Shown piece after piece: positions 43,239-54,878 of a stretch of DNA of 64,000 nt. Position numbers and translations under genes: made by a program. Source of the stretch: Chloropicon primus. Taxonomy: Eukaryota. The notes under the pieces were generated by a model that had not been told where the DNA came from, did not search any database, and was given only the letters and a program-made list of their open reading frames with translations. The stretch is taken from NCBI GenBank assembly GCA_023205875.1, contig CP060756.1, positions 124,001 through 188,000 of the forward strand. Direction: 5' to 3'. Position 1 is the stretch's first letter. Each line of letters opens with the position of its first letter.

Positions 43239-43659
43239 GGGTCGCGCTTGGTGCGAGTTCCTTTACACTACAAACTCAAAAGTCGTGCCATTTATGAACG
43301 CACAAGACTTGTCTGTCCTGTCGCCGAAAGTGCAAACTGAGTCAAAGCGAAAGGCGGGGAGATCGTTTTGTCAGCTACTGGGTCAGCAAAGGCTGGGGAG
43401 AAGGTTCAAACCCCTTTCTTCTCTCTCTCTCTCTCTGGCACCGCAAGGAAAGGCTAGATTGGCTCAGATCAGTATGCCTTTTGTAAGCAGCGGCCGGAGT
43501 CTTTGCTCGCGGTCCTATTGATCTACTATCTAGGGATGGTCATATATCATCACTGCCGTGTTCTCGCCTTTCCCTCTCTCCGCGTGCAAGCAAGCCCCAC
43601 TCTTCTTCCAATCGAAAACGTCACCAGACCTGAACGTACCTCGAGAGGCGACAACCTCT

Positions 43660-43765
43660 GCGCGCTCCATGCCAAGCATGAGACCCTTGCCTCTGCAATG
43701 GCCAATGATGTCATACTTCGCCTCCAAATCGGCGAACCTTCCGTTTGCAGTTCTATTCCATGCCC
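43660..43765 (-). pseudogene. Fragment of class-III aminotransferase (AGT2-like) C-terminal region
   Basis: RFADLEAKYDIIGHCRGKGLMLGME matches the ..IIGDVRGxGLMxGxE motif; flanks do not resemble the enzyme. Confidence 0.6.
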
Positions 43766-44284
43766 TCCTCCACCGCCAGAGGCAGGGCAAAACCTAACTC
43801 CACGGCCTCTGCCTTGTCGAATCTCGCAAAGCCGCCGCCACACACCACACCTTGAATGTGATGTTGGCACTGTTCCGCGACGGAGACGTGGATAGACGAG
43901 AGAGAGAGACGAGGGACGTGCCGACGACGACCTCTGACCCCTCCATCACCGCGACCGCCAACCTCTGACCCCTGAGCCGCCGCGCCGATGCGATTAGCGA
44001 TGCCTCGCTGCTTTACCTTTACACTTCTCGACCGACCCCAAACGAGGGGCTGAGAACGAGGGAGATCTTTGCGCTGCAGGGCTATCCGGAAGACGGTGAG
44101 TGATGGACGCTGTGCACGACGAGGGAGAGGGGGTGCAGGGGAGGAGAGGTTGTCGATGGCATTGGCATTGTCTTCCTGTTTCCAAAGAGCCCTCTCTTGA
44201 AGGAAACGACGCTGTGGTGAGGTTTCTGAGCCAAAGGAACTGACTGAGACTCTGTGTGATTAGGATTGAGTGCTGGAGACGAGG

Positions 44285-45301
44285 ATGGGGAAGGAGGCCT
44301 GCGGAGGGGTGAGGGATGCGATGAGGGGGCAGGGGCTGAGGAGGATCGCCCCTTCCATGAGGAGGAGGACTGCTGGGACGAGGGTGGCCGCGAGCTGTGC
44401 CCCGGTCGGAGGCAGTGCCTTGACGAGGACGGGAAACGCTGCTGCTGGGAGGATGAGGACGAGGATGGGGGCCGCCTCGAGGGGTAGGAGCGTGGCCATG
44501 GCTTCCGGTTCGAACGGTAACCTCGAGGCTCTGATCTTCGACTGCGACGGCGTGATCCTCCTGTCCGAGGAGTTGCACAGAACGGCCTACAACAAGGCTT
44601 TCGCGGAGTTCGGGATCGAGATCGAGGAGGGGGAGCAGCTGGTGTGGACTGTGCCCATTTACGACCTGCTGCAGAACACCGTGGGCGGGGGAAAGCCCAA
44701 GATGCGCTGGTACTTCAACAAGCACGGGTGGCCCCACCAGAAGAGGGACGGCAGGCCCCCGCCGGAGAGCCAGGAGGACCGCGAGGCCCTCGTCGACTCC
44801 CTGCAGGACTTCAAGATCGAGGCCTACAAGGACTTGATTGCCAACATGGCCGAGACGAGGCCGGGCGTTCTGAGGCTCATGAAGGAGGCGAGGGAGGCGG
44901 GCATCCTCGTCTCGGTGGCGTCCGCCTCGGCCAAGCCCTCCGTGATCTTCTGCCTGAACAACTTGCTCGGGGAGGAGCAGTTTGGCCTGCTGGACTGCTT
45001 CTTGGCGGGGAGCGACGTGACCAACTTGAAGCCCGACCCCGAGATCTACCTGACGGCTGCTGACATGCTCAAGGTCGATCCGAGCAAGTGCGTCGTCATC
45101 GAGGACAGCATGGTGGGCCTGAACGCCGCCCTCGGAGCCAAGATGGATTGCGTCATCACGTACCACAGCGGAACCAAGGCCGAGGCGTTCGAGGGCGCCA
45201 AGATGATCGTGAACGACTTGAGCGAGATTCAACTGAGTGACTTGGTCGCTCTGAAGGAGGCGGAGAAAGTCATAGACGACAGGGTGGTGAAAAGCTCCTA
45301 G
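44285..45301 (+). CDS. CbbY-like HAD hydrolase, plastid-targeted
   Basis: ALIFDCDGVI, VGGGKPKMRWYF, KPDPEIY, CVVIEDS. Confidence 0.9.
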   Translation: MGKEACGGVRDAMRGQGLRRIAPSMRRRTAGTRVAASCAPVGGSALTRTGNAAAGRMRTRMGAASRGRSVAMASGSNGNLEALIFDCDGVILLSEELHRTAYNKAFAEFGIEIEEGEQLVWTVPIYDLLQNTVGGGKPKMRWYFNKHGWPHQKRDGRPPPESQEDREALVDSLQDFKIEAYKDLIANMAETRPGVLRLMKEAREAGILVSVASASAKPSVIFCLNNLLGEEQFGLLDCFLAGSDVTNLKPDPEIYLTAADMLKVDPSKCVVIEDSMVGLNAALGAKMDCVITYHSGTKAEAFEGAKMIVNDLSEIQLSDLVALKEAEKVIDDRVVKSS

Positions 45302-45348
45302 ATTTATACACATACAATACGTTCAATTTTTGTTGCTGGGCATAACCA

Positions 45349-46105
45349 TCACCTCTTTCTCTCCTTCTTCCACCGATACACTGGGATTCCCTTCCCTCCC
45401 AGGGAGGTTTTGCGCACCTTCCTCTTCCTGCCTTTCCCCATCGCGGCCTTCTCCATGTCCATCCTCAGTGCCACGCTCTCCAGCTCGCTCTTCCTGTGCT
45501 TCCTCTGCTCGAGCTCCTTATACAGCTTGGACTTCTTCTTCTCGTGGACGCTGGACACGGTCCAAGCGTCCTCGTCCAACTGTTCTCGGGTGGGCCGGTG
45601 GAAAGCGCTGTCGAGGTACTCCGGCGACGTGTTAAAGTAGTCCGCGGGGCTGAATTGCCGCTGATCCTCCTCGTTGTCGACGAACACGATGTGCTTGTTC
45701 GCAGGGGCGTCCCTGAGCTGGTGAAGCGAGGCTTGAAGCTTCTCCACCTTCTTCCTCTCCACCTGGGCCTTCATCTCGACATACTTCCTGTCCTGCGTCT
45801 TCATCAGCATGAGCTGTTCATGGGAGTACTGGGTGGGATCCGAGTCCCCGACGTGGACGCCACCCACCGTCTTCGACTTTTGCATTCCAAAGTAAAACTC
45901 ATCTGGGTTGCGGAACTCTGCCTTCTCTCGGAGCACTTCCAGTGCCTTCTCCTTCTTGTGAAAGTCTCGCGCACGCAAAACATAGTCCTTGTGCTTCTCC
46001 AGAAACCCGAGCTTCTTCCTGTCGGAACTGAGAAGCGGAGACACGCAAAGCGCTTCGAGTCAGTCGCGGCCGGGCTCGTGCAGCAGCCCAACCCCTCCCT
46101 CTCTC

Positions 46106-46147
<42 letters not shown>

Positions 46148-46311
46148 CAACCAGCAGCAGTCCTGGCATGGAAACGCGCGCGAGAGAGAGAGCGAGAGAG
46201 CGAGAGCGAGAGAGCGGCGAGTTGAGGGCAGAGGCGTGTTGTTTAGACTTACGGTTGTGAACGCTCCTTATGCGTTCGGCCCTGGATGGCCTTCTTGTAG
46301 GTGCTTGACAT
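45349..46311 (-). CDS. UTP11: U3 snoRNA-associated protein 11; intron 46252-46028
   Basis: RTHKERSQP|SDRKKLGFLEKHKDYVLRA...RNPDEFYF...YRWKKERKR. Confidence 0.93.
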
Positions 46312-47041
46312 GATGCGATGGTGTACTTCCCCTCCTTCGTGCTTGTCGGCGGAGAACTGAGGGGAACTAATTCGATCATCACACCTTTACGACGGTGGAG
46401 GTGGAGATGGAGGTGTTTGTCGAGGACCTTGTGCAAGAACGGTGACGAGGAAGGGGAGGAGGTGTTGCATAAACGGAAGGGCGTCTCACGAGCTTTCGAT
46501 TGATACCTCGGCTGGGGGGTTGACCGAAGGGAGTGGAACGTCTCGCTCATCCCTTTGAAACGACAGGCGTTAGAAGAGGTTGCCTCAAGGTCTGTTATGT
46601 GAGTTTGACTCGCTTGGTGAAGAGGAAGAGGAGGGAACCCGTCGAGCAGAGCGCAGTGTGGTATGGTGGTGCTGGATTCGATGAGGAGGCGTCCCACGAG
46701 ACAGAGTCCCAGGACACGCACCAGAGCGACGACTGGTGAGGATGCCGAGGGAGGACCAACCACCCGCAATATAATATAATATTGTATATTCTGATCAACG
46801 CCTTCGTCGTAGCCGACACGAGAGACCGCCGCGTGCGTCACAAAGCAAACGGGAATCCATTCATTTCTTGAACAACCGAAAGCTTGAGAGAACAAGCAAG
46901 TCCTTCCTTGAATCCTGTGTTCTCTCTCTCTCTTCGTGGTGGTGGTGGTGGTGGTGGGGACGGAATCGACGACGAGCAGGAAGGAATCGATCGTCACCAA
47001 GCGGTCTTGTTCTAGAGATGAATCAAAGGCAGCTGTTACTT

Positions 47042-48451
47042 TTATGGGTTATTTCCGGTCAGCAAGCCCACGGTCTCCTTCGCGACGTAGTTCTCGATGT
47101 CCCGCAAGAACGCCCCGAAGGCGACGGCCTCGAGGACCACCCTCCTCTGGGCCGCGACTGTGAGGGTCAGAGACTTGACCTCCCCGCTTGCGATGACCTC
47201 CTGCAGCTTCAGCAGCAGGTCCTCTGGCGAGGAGAGGACGTCGTTGCCTGCGTCCCCGAGGGCCCTCTTGATCTCCTCCTGCAGCTCGTTGATGTCGCCG
47301 AAGAGGCCCCTGGTCTGCCTCTCCACCAAGGTTGAGCCCTCCTTGGACAAGATCTGTGCCGTCTCCTGCAAAGTCTGCTGATCAAAGGTCTCGATGTACT
47401 CCTGGAGCTTGCTCCTTGGCTTGGCCACGGGGACTTCCTTTGGCTGCTCGGCTCTGCTTTGGACGAAGGCTTCGGCGTCCTCGTCCCAGCTTTCGGCGGC
47501 AGAGGCCTGGCCAAAAATGTTCTCGAGCCTCTCCACCGCGTCGCTGTTTATGTCGTTCAGCAGCCCCATGGCCTTCTCCAGCTGGAACCTGGCGTCCACC
47601 CGCCTCAAAAAGTAGCCGAACATGACGGAAGCCGCGTAGACCTGAGCGGCCTGCAGCTTGCTTATCTTCAACACGCTATTCAGGTTTGGGGGCGGACTTC
47701 CCGTCGGTCCCGAGAGAACCTGCATGAGGTGGCTCCTAACCATTTCCAGGGACTCGACCGAGTGCACGCCCTTGGTCAGGTTCTCCAAGTCCGAGTTCCC
47801 GTCAATGTCCACGACGTCGTTCAGGGGGGAAAGCATCGAGACCCCGAGGCTGGTGAAGCGCTCCACGACCGCAAAGTACATCAAGTCCTCCAGGTTTCGC
47901 GTCATTTCCAAGTCCCGCACCTCGTCCATCCTCTGGTACAGGACCATCTCCGACGGATCCGACTTGTCCTTGTCCTTCTTCTTGTCCTTAATCTCCTCTT
48001 TCTCCGTCTCCAGGAGACGCAGCTGCTCGTCCACCGCGTCCTGGAACAGGTGGGGCTGCTCCGACAGGTAGTACGACAGCATCTCGCCCGCGGGGGTCTG
48101 GGGCTTGTACACGAGGTCGACGCTCTTCTCGCCCTCCTCGCCCCCTTCCCCCGTCGCGCAACAGGCCGTCGTCGGGACTTCGTACTCCGCTCGCCCCCTC
48201 CCGAGGTCGAACACCACCTTCGCCTTCCTCCCGCGGGTCACCGCTCTCGAACTCCTGCACGACCTCGGCGCGGCGGGGAGCATGCCTCTCGCCCCTCCCC
48301 TCTTCGCCGCCCCCGCCACCCTCCTCGCCCCTTGCCCGCCCACTCCTCGCGTCGTCGTCGTCGACTCCATCTCCTTATCCTTTGGCTTTGCTTTTGGTGG
48401 CTGCAATCGTCCGACGAGACAGGGTCGGGCTCGGCTCGCTTTGGATGACAT
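47042..48451 (-). CDS. DUF760 / UV-B-induced plastid protein-like
   Basis: AQVYAASVMFGYFLRRVDARFQLEK; VLEAVAFGAFLRDIENYV. Confidence 0.85.
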   Translation of the reverse strand: MSSKASRARPCLVGRLQPPKAKPKDKEMESTTTTRGVGGQGARRVAGAAKRGGARGMLPAAPRSCRSSRAVTRGRKAKVVFDLGRGRAEYEVPTTACCATGEGGEEGEKSVDLVYKPQTPAGEMLSYYLSEQPHLFQDAVDEQLRLLETEKEEIKDKKKDKDKSDPSEMVLYQRMDEVRDLEMTRNLEDLMYFAVVERFTSLGVSMLSPLNDVVDIDGNSDLENLTKGVHSVESLEMVRSHLMQVLSGPTGSPPPNLNSVLKISKLQAAQVYAASVMFGYFLRRVDARFQLEKAMGLLNDINSDAVERLENIFGQASAAESWDEDAEAFVQSRAEQPKEVPVAKPRSKLQEYIETFDQQTLQETAQILSKEGSTLVERQTRGLFGDINELQEEIKRALGDAGNDVLSSPEDLLLKLQEVIASGEVKSLTLTVAAQRRVVLEAVAFGAFLRDIENYVAKETVGLLTGNNP

Positions 48452-48487
48452 TGGCAGAAGAGGACGACGACGAGGAGGATTGTGGGT

Positions 48488-48569
48488 GGAGGGTTGTGGA
48501 TGGAGGAGAGATGGTGGATCCTTTCGCAGCTGTTGGTGCTCTCAACCTCTCCGAGAAGTCAGCCAGAGT

Positions 48570-48607
<38 letters not shown>

Positions 48608-48757
48608 ATCTTGGTCTGGGTCTTGGGAGTGAGTGATTCTATCCTTTGGATTGTGATGCATATGGCAGAGAAGGAGGAGGGTTGTGGATGGAGGAGAGAT
48701 GGCGGATCCTTCCGCAGTTGTTGGTGCTCTCACCCTCTCCGAGAAGTCAGGCAGAGT

Positions 48758-48794
<37 letters not shown>

Positions 48795-48827
48795 GGAGGG
48801 AGAATCTTGGTCTGGGTCTTGGGAGTG
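48488..48827. repeat. Direct duplication of ~145 bp (48488-48631 and 48676-48827) including CA/GA microsatellites
   Basis: Two near-identical copies visible by eye. Confidence 0.92.
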
Positions 48828-49135
48828 TTTGTACACAGAAGAAAACAGAAGGCAAAGAGGGAGGAAAGAGCGTGTCCATGATGCAGCAAGAATGCGATGG
48901 CTTCGTCACTGCGAGAGGCGTGCGAGAACGAGCGACTTCCATCTTTTCTGTGACCGTGCGACCATGCGATGCCTTTCCGTTCCAAAAGACTCCAAGACTC
49001 CATCTTGGATAAGGAAATATCCTATAAAAAAGGTAAAACCCAAGATTGCCACGTGAGCACACTCGCTAGTGCTCGCGAGGACCACCGGAGTAACATCGTC
49101 TTGCTTGGGCTGGGAGAGGAGACATCATCATCATC

Positions 49136-50426
49136 ATGAGGACCAGACTCTTCCTTCCGATGGTCCTCATCGCTGGTAGCGTCCTGATTATGACTCGAAC
49201 GTGCGTCTTCTTTTGCTTGTCCTCAACCAACGAACCCCATCATCATCATCATCATCCAACAGACAGAATCTCTCGACAATCCTCTGCGCCTCTGGGGACC
49301 GAGTTGTGCAAGTCCACGTCTTTGCTAACTTCGTCGCGTTGGTCTCTTGCAGGCTCTTGTTCCATGTGCACCGCTCCGGTGACCCGAACGACAACATGAT
49401 GCTGGAGTTGAGGGGCTCGATAGCCCTGCGACAGTCCTCCAAGTTGGGTGGCCTCGCCGAGCCCGGGGAGCAAAAAGCGAAGACGGTGGAGGAGCAGAGC
49501 AGAGCAGAGCCAAGGGTCCTCCCCAAGCACGAGATTTACCAGCTCCTCGAAAGCATATCGTACAAGCGAAAGCACCAGAATTGCAGCGTCGTCGGCAACG
49601 ATTCTTCGATGAGGCACTCCAAGTTGGGCAAGTTGGTGGACTCGGCGGAGACGGTGTACAGGATGAACTTCGCGCCTGTCAAGGAGTACGTCAAGGACAT
49701 CGGGAGCAGGACGCACACGCAGTGCCTGAATCCGCAAAAGTTCCGGTACAACAAGGCGAAGAACAAGGACTGGAAGACCGATACGGGCTCGAGGCCGAGG
49801 ATTGTTGTGGTCGGGGACACCAAAGGAGACGATGCCCAGGGCAATGACGGGCCCTGCATAGAGCGCTCCCCCGGCGGAAGCTGCATCAAGAGGCTCGAGA
49901 GCAGCAAAGGCCGAGTTCGGGGGATGGATTACGCGGTGCAGACGCTCACCGAAGAGCTTCTCGCGACAGTCCAGTCTGGGGTTGGGGAGGTCGACGGAGT
50001 GCCAACGACCGGCTTGTACTGGTGAGTGCCTCACTGTCCATTCGCGTATCTGTCGATCGATCTCCCCGCGGTCTGCGAAGCACGCGCGGGCTTGACTCAC
50101 TCATCGCACCTCCTTGTCTGTCCAGTCTCGTTCTTGCGCTGATGGAGTGCTCCCACGTCGACGTCTACGGCATGGGCGTCGGCACCATCAATCACAACGA
50201 TCTCTCCGACTTGGAGTACTTCAAAGATCCAGCGTTTCAGGGCTGGGACGAGAGGCACAACGCCGAGGCGGAGAGAGCGTTGCTGAGGATCTTGGCCTCC
50301 CACGTGTGGACCACCGGCTTGGTGCAGTACTTTGGGGAGCTGAGATGGCACAACCCATTGAAAGTTCAGGTCAGAAATGAAAACTTGCTCAGCAGGGGGC
50401 CTTGCACCAGTGGAATCAACTGCTAG
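49136..50426 (+). CDS. Glycosyltransferase family 29 (sialyltransferase-like); introns 49201-49352 and 50022-50125
   Basis: Sialylmotif L CSVVGN...IGSRT; S motif PTTGLYCLVLALMECSHVDVYGM; VS motif HNAEAE; N-terminal anchor. Confidence 0.88.
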
Positions 50427-50509
50427 CAGCTCAGGGATACGACGGGGTTGTGGAGATCTTCTATGTATAAAACAGCTTGACTATCTATATCTTGTAGAAC
50501 ACTTGCGCT

Positions 50510-51206
50510 TCACTTCTTGCTCTCCTTCTTGCCCTCCTTCTTGCCTTCGTCCTCCTCGTCCTCCTTGGGCTTGGGCAGGAACGGGATGACTCTCCTGATC
50601 TGTGTGTACTCGATCGCCCAAGCCAGCGTGGCCGTTGGTACGAAGTCCGAGAAAGGCAGGCCCTCTTCCAGAAGGTCGAGCGCGGTCAGCCAGTACGTCC
50701 CGTAGATGAGCTGCACCAAAGTCGCACTTATCGGGGCCCACACGACGTCCTCCGACTCCCCGATCCCAGGCAGGGCGTAAGACGACACCCCGATCGCGTC
50801 TATCGCAACGGACGCGAACAATTTGGGCCACTTCACCTGCTTCTTCCTGAACTTCTTGTCGACGCCGAGCCTGCGCAACCGTTTTCGTTTTGGATGGAGA
50901 GAAAGAGAGGCACAACAGTTGGCACGAACCCGTGGCGTGAGACCGAGGCAGACAGCAAGCCGCGAGCGCGAAGAACTCTTACCTCCCGAACTTGATCAGC
51001 GTATACGCTGCAGTCGAAACGGCCCCTGCCGTCTGAAAGGTGTGAATGATCCCTGACCCGTCCGCGTCCGTTGCTCGCGTCGTGATGGGTCTCTTTCGAA
51101 GCAGCGGACCATGCCGCCGCGTTGTCACGGAGCACGCCCCCCCTCCGACCCGCCTCTCCTCCACGGAGGCCCGCCCGAGGTTCGTTCCCCTCCTCGTCAT
51201 CGCCAT
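50510..51206 (-). CDS. Conserved-looking small membrane protein; intron 50982-50871
   Basis: In-frame splice FGR|LGVDK; IDAIG...DVVWAPIS...EEGLPFSDFVPTATLAW. Confidence 0.65.
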
Positions 51207-51438
51207 CCAGCAGTGAGTGGCTGAGCTTCACTCAACGCGCTGAGACTGAGATCGCTGAGACGGGGTCGAGGGAGAGGGAGAGGCGGTCGAGGTTGAGGGG
51301 GTCCAGGACGAGTGCGAGGGACTCGGGAACGGAGAGAGCGATACGGTGCGGCGGATCGAGTCGCGATCTTTCATTTGACACCTCTCTCGTGAAGTTTGAC
51401 GCTCGGAGTCGCCGGTGAAGGTCGATCGATCGATTAGG

Positions 51439-52878
51439 ATGGCGTCGAGGGTGGAGGCGTCGCGAGGCCTTGGGAGCGGCGATCCCGGAGGCAGGGGGAC
51501 GAGTCCGAGCGGGTCGGTGGGGTCGACGGCGAGGCGGTGGAGTCCTGGGACGAGGGCCGGCGGGGGATCCCGGACGGCAGCGGGGCGAGGGACGTACCTT
51601 GGTCTGGACTTTGGGACATCGGGCGCGAGGGCGATAGTGATAGACGACTCGGAGGAGGTCCTCCACAGCGAGAAGGTCGACTACGCGGCGTCGGGGCTGG
51701 ACCAGGAGGAGGCAGCGCGGAGCACGTCCGTCTGGGAGGGGGCCCTGTTCAGCCTGCTCGGCAATATCCCGAGCGGCCTGGCGAGCAGCTTGAGAGCGAT
51801 CTGCATCGACGGGACGTCCTCCACGTCGTTCCTGGTCGATCGGGAGACTTGGTCGATCGAGTCGAGGCCCCTCCTGTACAATTTCGCGGCAGAGGCCTCC
51901 GTCGTCGAGAGGGTGAAGGCGATCGCCCCGGAGGGCAACATCACCTGCTCGCCCACCTCGACGCTCTCCAAGCTGTTCACCTGGCTCTACGAGGACTCGC
52001 TCGATGTCGAGGCGGGGAACCTCCTCTTGCTGCACCAGGCGGACTGGCTCTCGTCGCTTCTGCTGCAGAACCCGGACAGGCGGGGGGTTTCAGACTACAA
52101 CAATGCGCTCAAGCTCGGTTACGACCCCCAGGAGAAGGACTACCCTCAGTGGATGAAGTCGCAGGCGTGGCGGTCGGTGCTCCCGGCGGCGGTGGTGGCG
52201 CCTTCGACGCCCCTCGGAGTCGTCTCGGACAAGATCTCGGACACGTTCCGAATCCCTCGGGAATGCAAAGTAGCGGCGGGCACCACGGATTCCATTGCCG
52301 CTTTTCTCGCTGCCGGAGCCAGCGAGCCCGGGGAGGCTGTCACCTCCCTCGGGAGCACGCTGGCCATCAAAGTTCTCAGCACGAAGCGCGTGGACAACTT
52401 GGAGCATGGGATTTACAGCCACAAGCTGTGGGGAGACCTGTGGCTCGCTGGAGGGGCGTCCAACACGGGCGGCGCCGTAATTCGAAAGTACTTTCCTGAC
52501 GACCAGGTCGAAGAGTTGACGAAGAGCATGGATACCAGCGCCCCGACCGGGTTGGCGTACTACCCCCTACTGAAGGCCGGGGAAAGATTCCCAGTCTCGG
52601 ACGCAAAGCTGGAGCCCAAGCTCAATCCTAGGCCAAGCGAGGACAGCGTTTTCCTCCAGGGCATTCTGGAAGGCATCGCTGACATCGAGAAGCGCGGCTT
52701 TGAGCTCCTGCACAAGGAGGGTTGCTCGACCCTGACCCGGGTGATGACCTGTGGCGGAGGGTCCAAGAATGACAAGTGGACGGAGATGCGGCGGCAGAGG
52801 CTTAAAGTTCCGGTCGAGACGGCCGCGGAGGTGGAGGCCGCCTTTGGATCAGCCAGGCTTGCCCGAAGGAGCGATTGA
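51439..52878 (+). CDS. FGGY carbohydrate kinase (D-ribulose kinase / plant XK1-like)
   Basis: YLGLDFGTSGAR, IDGTSST, HQADWL, SDYNNALKLGYD, GTTDSIAAF, GGASNTGG. Confidence 0.92.
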   Translation: MASRVEASRGLGSGDPGGRGTSPSGSVGSTARRWSPGTRAGGGSRTAAGRGTYLGLDFGTSGARAIVIDDSEEVLHSEKVDYAASGLDQEEAARSTSVWEGALFSLLGNIPSGLASSLRAICIDGTSSTSFLVDRETWSIESRPLLYNFAAEASVVERVKAIAPEGNITCSPTSTLSKLFTWLYEDSLDVEAGNLLLLHQADWLSSLLLQNPDRRGVSDYNNALKLGYDPQEKDYPQWMKSQAWRSVLPAAVVAPSTPLGVVSDKISDTFRIPRECKVAAGTTDSIAAFLAAGASEPGEAVTSLGSTLAIKVLSTKRVDNLEHGIYSHKLWGDLWLAGGASNTGGAVIRKYFPDDQVEELTKSMDTSAPTGLAYYPLLKAGERFPVSDAKLEPKLNPRPSEDSVFLQGILEGIADIEKRGFELLHKEGCSTLTRVMTCGGGSKNDKWTEMRRQRLKVPVETAAEVEAAFGSARLARRSD

Positions 52879-52926
52879 TCGAAATCCCGCATTGTACATT
52901 ATGCATAATATATATATATATATACT

Positions 52927-53862
52927 TTACAACAGGCGGTGCTCCGCCAGATGGTCCGGGACGTACAGCTGCCCCAGCTCCACGGATCGCTCCCAGGACT
53001 CCTCCATCGCGCTCTGCAGGGTTTTCTCACGCCCGCCCCCTTCGTCTTCGTCGGACCCCCCCTCCCTGATCCGCAGCGCGCGGATCAGGGAGTGCGTCAG
53101 GCTCTCGCACCTCCACGTCGAACCTTGGCCGTTCGAAGCTTGGAGGAGGTGCGTCGCCCCCTCCTGCTGGACACGGAAGCCAAGGGCTCTTATCTTGTCC
53201 ATCCGAATATCGTTGCCCGCCTCCGTCCGGTACATCTCGTCAGGGACTGGGTGCGCACCCGGCGAACTTCCCGTGCCGAGCTTTGGGAACTGCTTCAGCA
53301 GCTTCGCATCCTCGTCGTGCGCCGGCTGGTCCGTGAACCAAAGCGAGAGGGTGTACCTGCGACCGCTCTCGACTCTCCGCACCCGGTGAATGTTGGACTC
53401 GTTCGAAAAATACGCGACAACGCGGCCCTCCCGTGGACTCACCCCCCGCGTTTCTCCCTCCTCGAACTCGAAACTTCCGCCAGTAAAGTCCCTGCCTTGG
53501 TCGTTCAGGTACGCCACCGCAGAGACGACCCTCTGCTTCAGATAGTCCTCATTGTTCGAGTCGTAGTGCCAACCTATCTCCGATCCCGGCAGCCAAACCA
53601 TCAGTCCGCTCCACTCCAAGTACAAGTATCTGTTGAGCTGCAGTCCAAAGTGATCCTGCACGAGACCAGATATGATCTCCCGCGCCTTCAGGATGGGCAG
53701 AGCGAGGTGCGGTCGCTCGGACACGAGCACGTGGTTCAAGTGCAGCGCCTCCGTCCTCGCGCGGTACCCTCGCATCCCCAAGCAGTCGTGAACGAACCTC
53801 AAATCCCTGCAGAGGTCTCTCGAAAGCTCTCCATCCCAGACGCGACGCTTGTCTTCCTCCAT
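52927..53862 (-). CDS. 2OG-Fe(II) oxygenase (prolyl hydroxylase-like)
   Basis: WHYD...SAVAYLN...FTGGSF...NIHRV...GRRYTLSLWFT. Confidence 0.85.
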   Translation of the reverse strand: MEEDKRRVWDGELSRDLCRDLRFVHDCLGMRGYRARTEALHLNHVLVSERPHLALPILKAREIISGLVQDHFGLQLNRYLYLEWSGLMVWLPGSEIGWHYDSNNEDYLKQRVVSAVAYLNDQGRDFTGGSFEFEEGETRGVSPREGRVVAYFSNESNIHRVRRVESGRRYTLSLWFTDQPAHDEDAKLLKQFPKLGTGSSPGAHPVPDEMYRTEAGNDIRMDKIRALGFRVQQEGATHLLQASNGQGSTWRCESLTHSLIRALRIREGGSDEDEGGGREKTLQSAMEESWERSVELGQLYVPDHLAEHRLL

Positions 53863-54055
53863 CGTGCGCCAAACAAGTCAAGCGAGGGCACATTCGAAAG
53901 CTCGCGAGATATTCTTTCCCCTGGTCTCGCTCCCACGCACCCCTCCTCCTCCTCCGCTTCGTCGTCCTCCTCGTCGTCGCCGTCGTCGTCCTCGTCGTCC
54001 TCGTCGTCTTGGCGCCAAAAAAAGCAAAAAGTGACAGACGAGAGGAGCGTCAGTC

Positions 54056-54820
54056 ATGGCGTCGTCGTCGTCGTCGTCGTGCGTGTCTGTGTTGCGGATG
54101 ACGCGGCAGTGCGTGTACAGGATGCTGCAGCTGGAGGAGGACCTGCTGAGGCAGGACAAGGGAACGTCTTGGCTGATCGTGAACGACGGGATACCGAAGC
54201 CGACGGTGGTGATGGGGATCTCGGGAAAGGAGGAGAAGCTCGTGGACGTGGACGTGGCGAGGCACCAGGGGGTGGACCTCGTGAAGCGGTTCACGGGGGG
54301 AGGGACGGTGGTGCTGGACGAGGGATCGATACTGGTGAGCTTGATCTGCGAGGCGGACCGGACGCCAGACGTTCCGCTGTTTCCTCGACCCCTGATGCGG
54401 TGGTCGAAGGAGTTTTACGATCCCATCTTCTCGACCTGCGGGGACTTCAAGCTGAGCGAGACGGACTACACGTTCGGGGACCTCAAGTTCGGAGGGAACG
54501 CCCAGTACATCTCCAAGAGGAGGTGGCTGCACCACACGAGCTTCCTTTGGGACTACGACCCGGAGAGGATGAAGTGTCTTCTTCACCCGCCCAAGGAGCC
54601 CGAGTACCGGAAGAAGAGGACGCACTTGGACTTCCTGTGCAAGCTCAAGGACTATTACCCGGGCAGCAGGGAGGCGTTCATTGGGGGGATCACGGACGCG
54701 CTCGAGCACGCGGGCTTCGAGTGGCAGGACGTCCAGGAGGAGGAGGTTCGGGCCCAGCTGGCAACCGAGGGGATGGGGGGGAAGAAGAGACTGCAAAGCA
54801 CAAAAAGGATACCTATTTAA
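54056..54820 (+). CDS. Lipoate-protein ligase A family protein
   Basis: VVMGISG, KRFTGGGTV, KFGGNAQ, LHHTSFLWD, PEYR...HLDF. Confidence 0.9.
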   Translation: MASSSSSSCVSVLRMTRQCVYRMLQLEEDLLRQDKGTSWLIVNDGIPKPTVVMGISGKEEKLVDVDVARHQGVDLVKRFTGGGTVVLDEGSILVSLICEADRTPDVPLFPRPLMRWSKEFYDPIFSTCGDFKLSETDYTFGDLKFGGNAQYISKRRWLHHTSFLWDYDPERMKCLLHPPKEPEYRKKRTHLDFLCKLKDYYPGSREAFIGGITDALEHAGFEWQDVQEEEVRAQLATEGMGGKKRLQSTKRIPI

Positions 54821-54878
54821 TTAAATCGTCAGCACCCACGTGTGTTACTACAAGGGACTGGGACTGCAATTACAAGGG

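Noticed and set aside
46318..46800. Coding-like stretch between UTP11 and the DUF760 gene
   Set aside because: Short stop-interrupted frames with no family I can recognise
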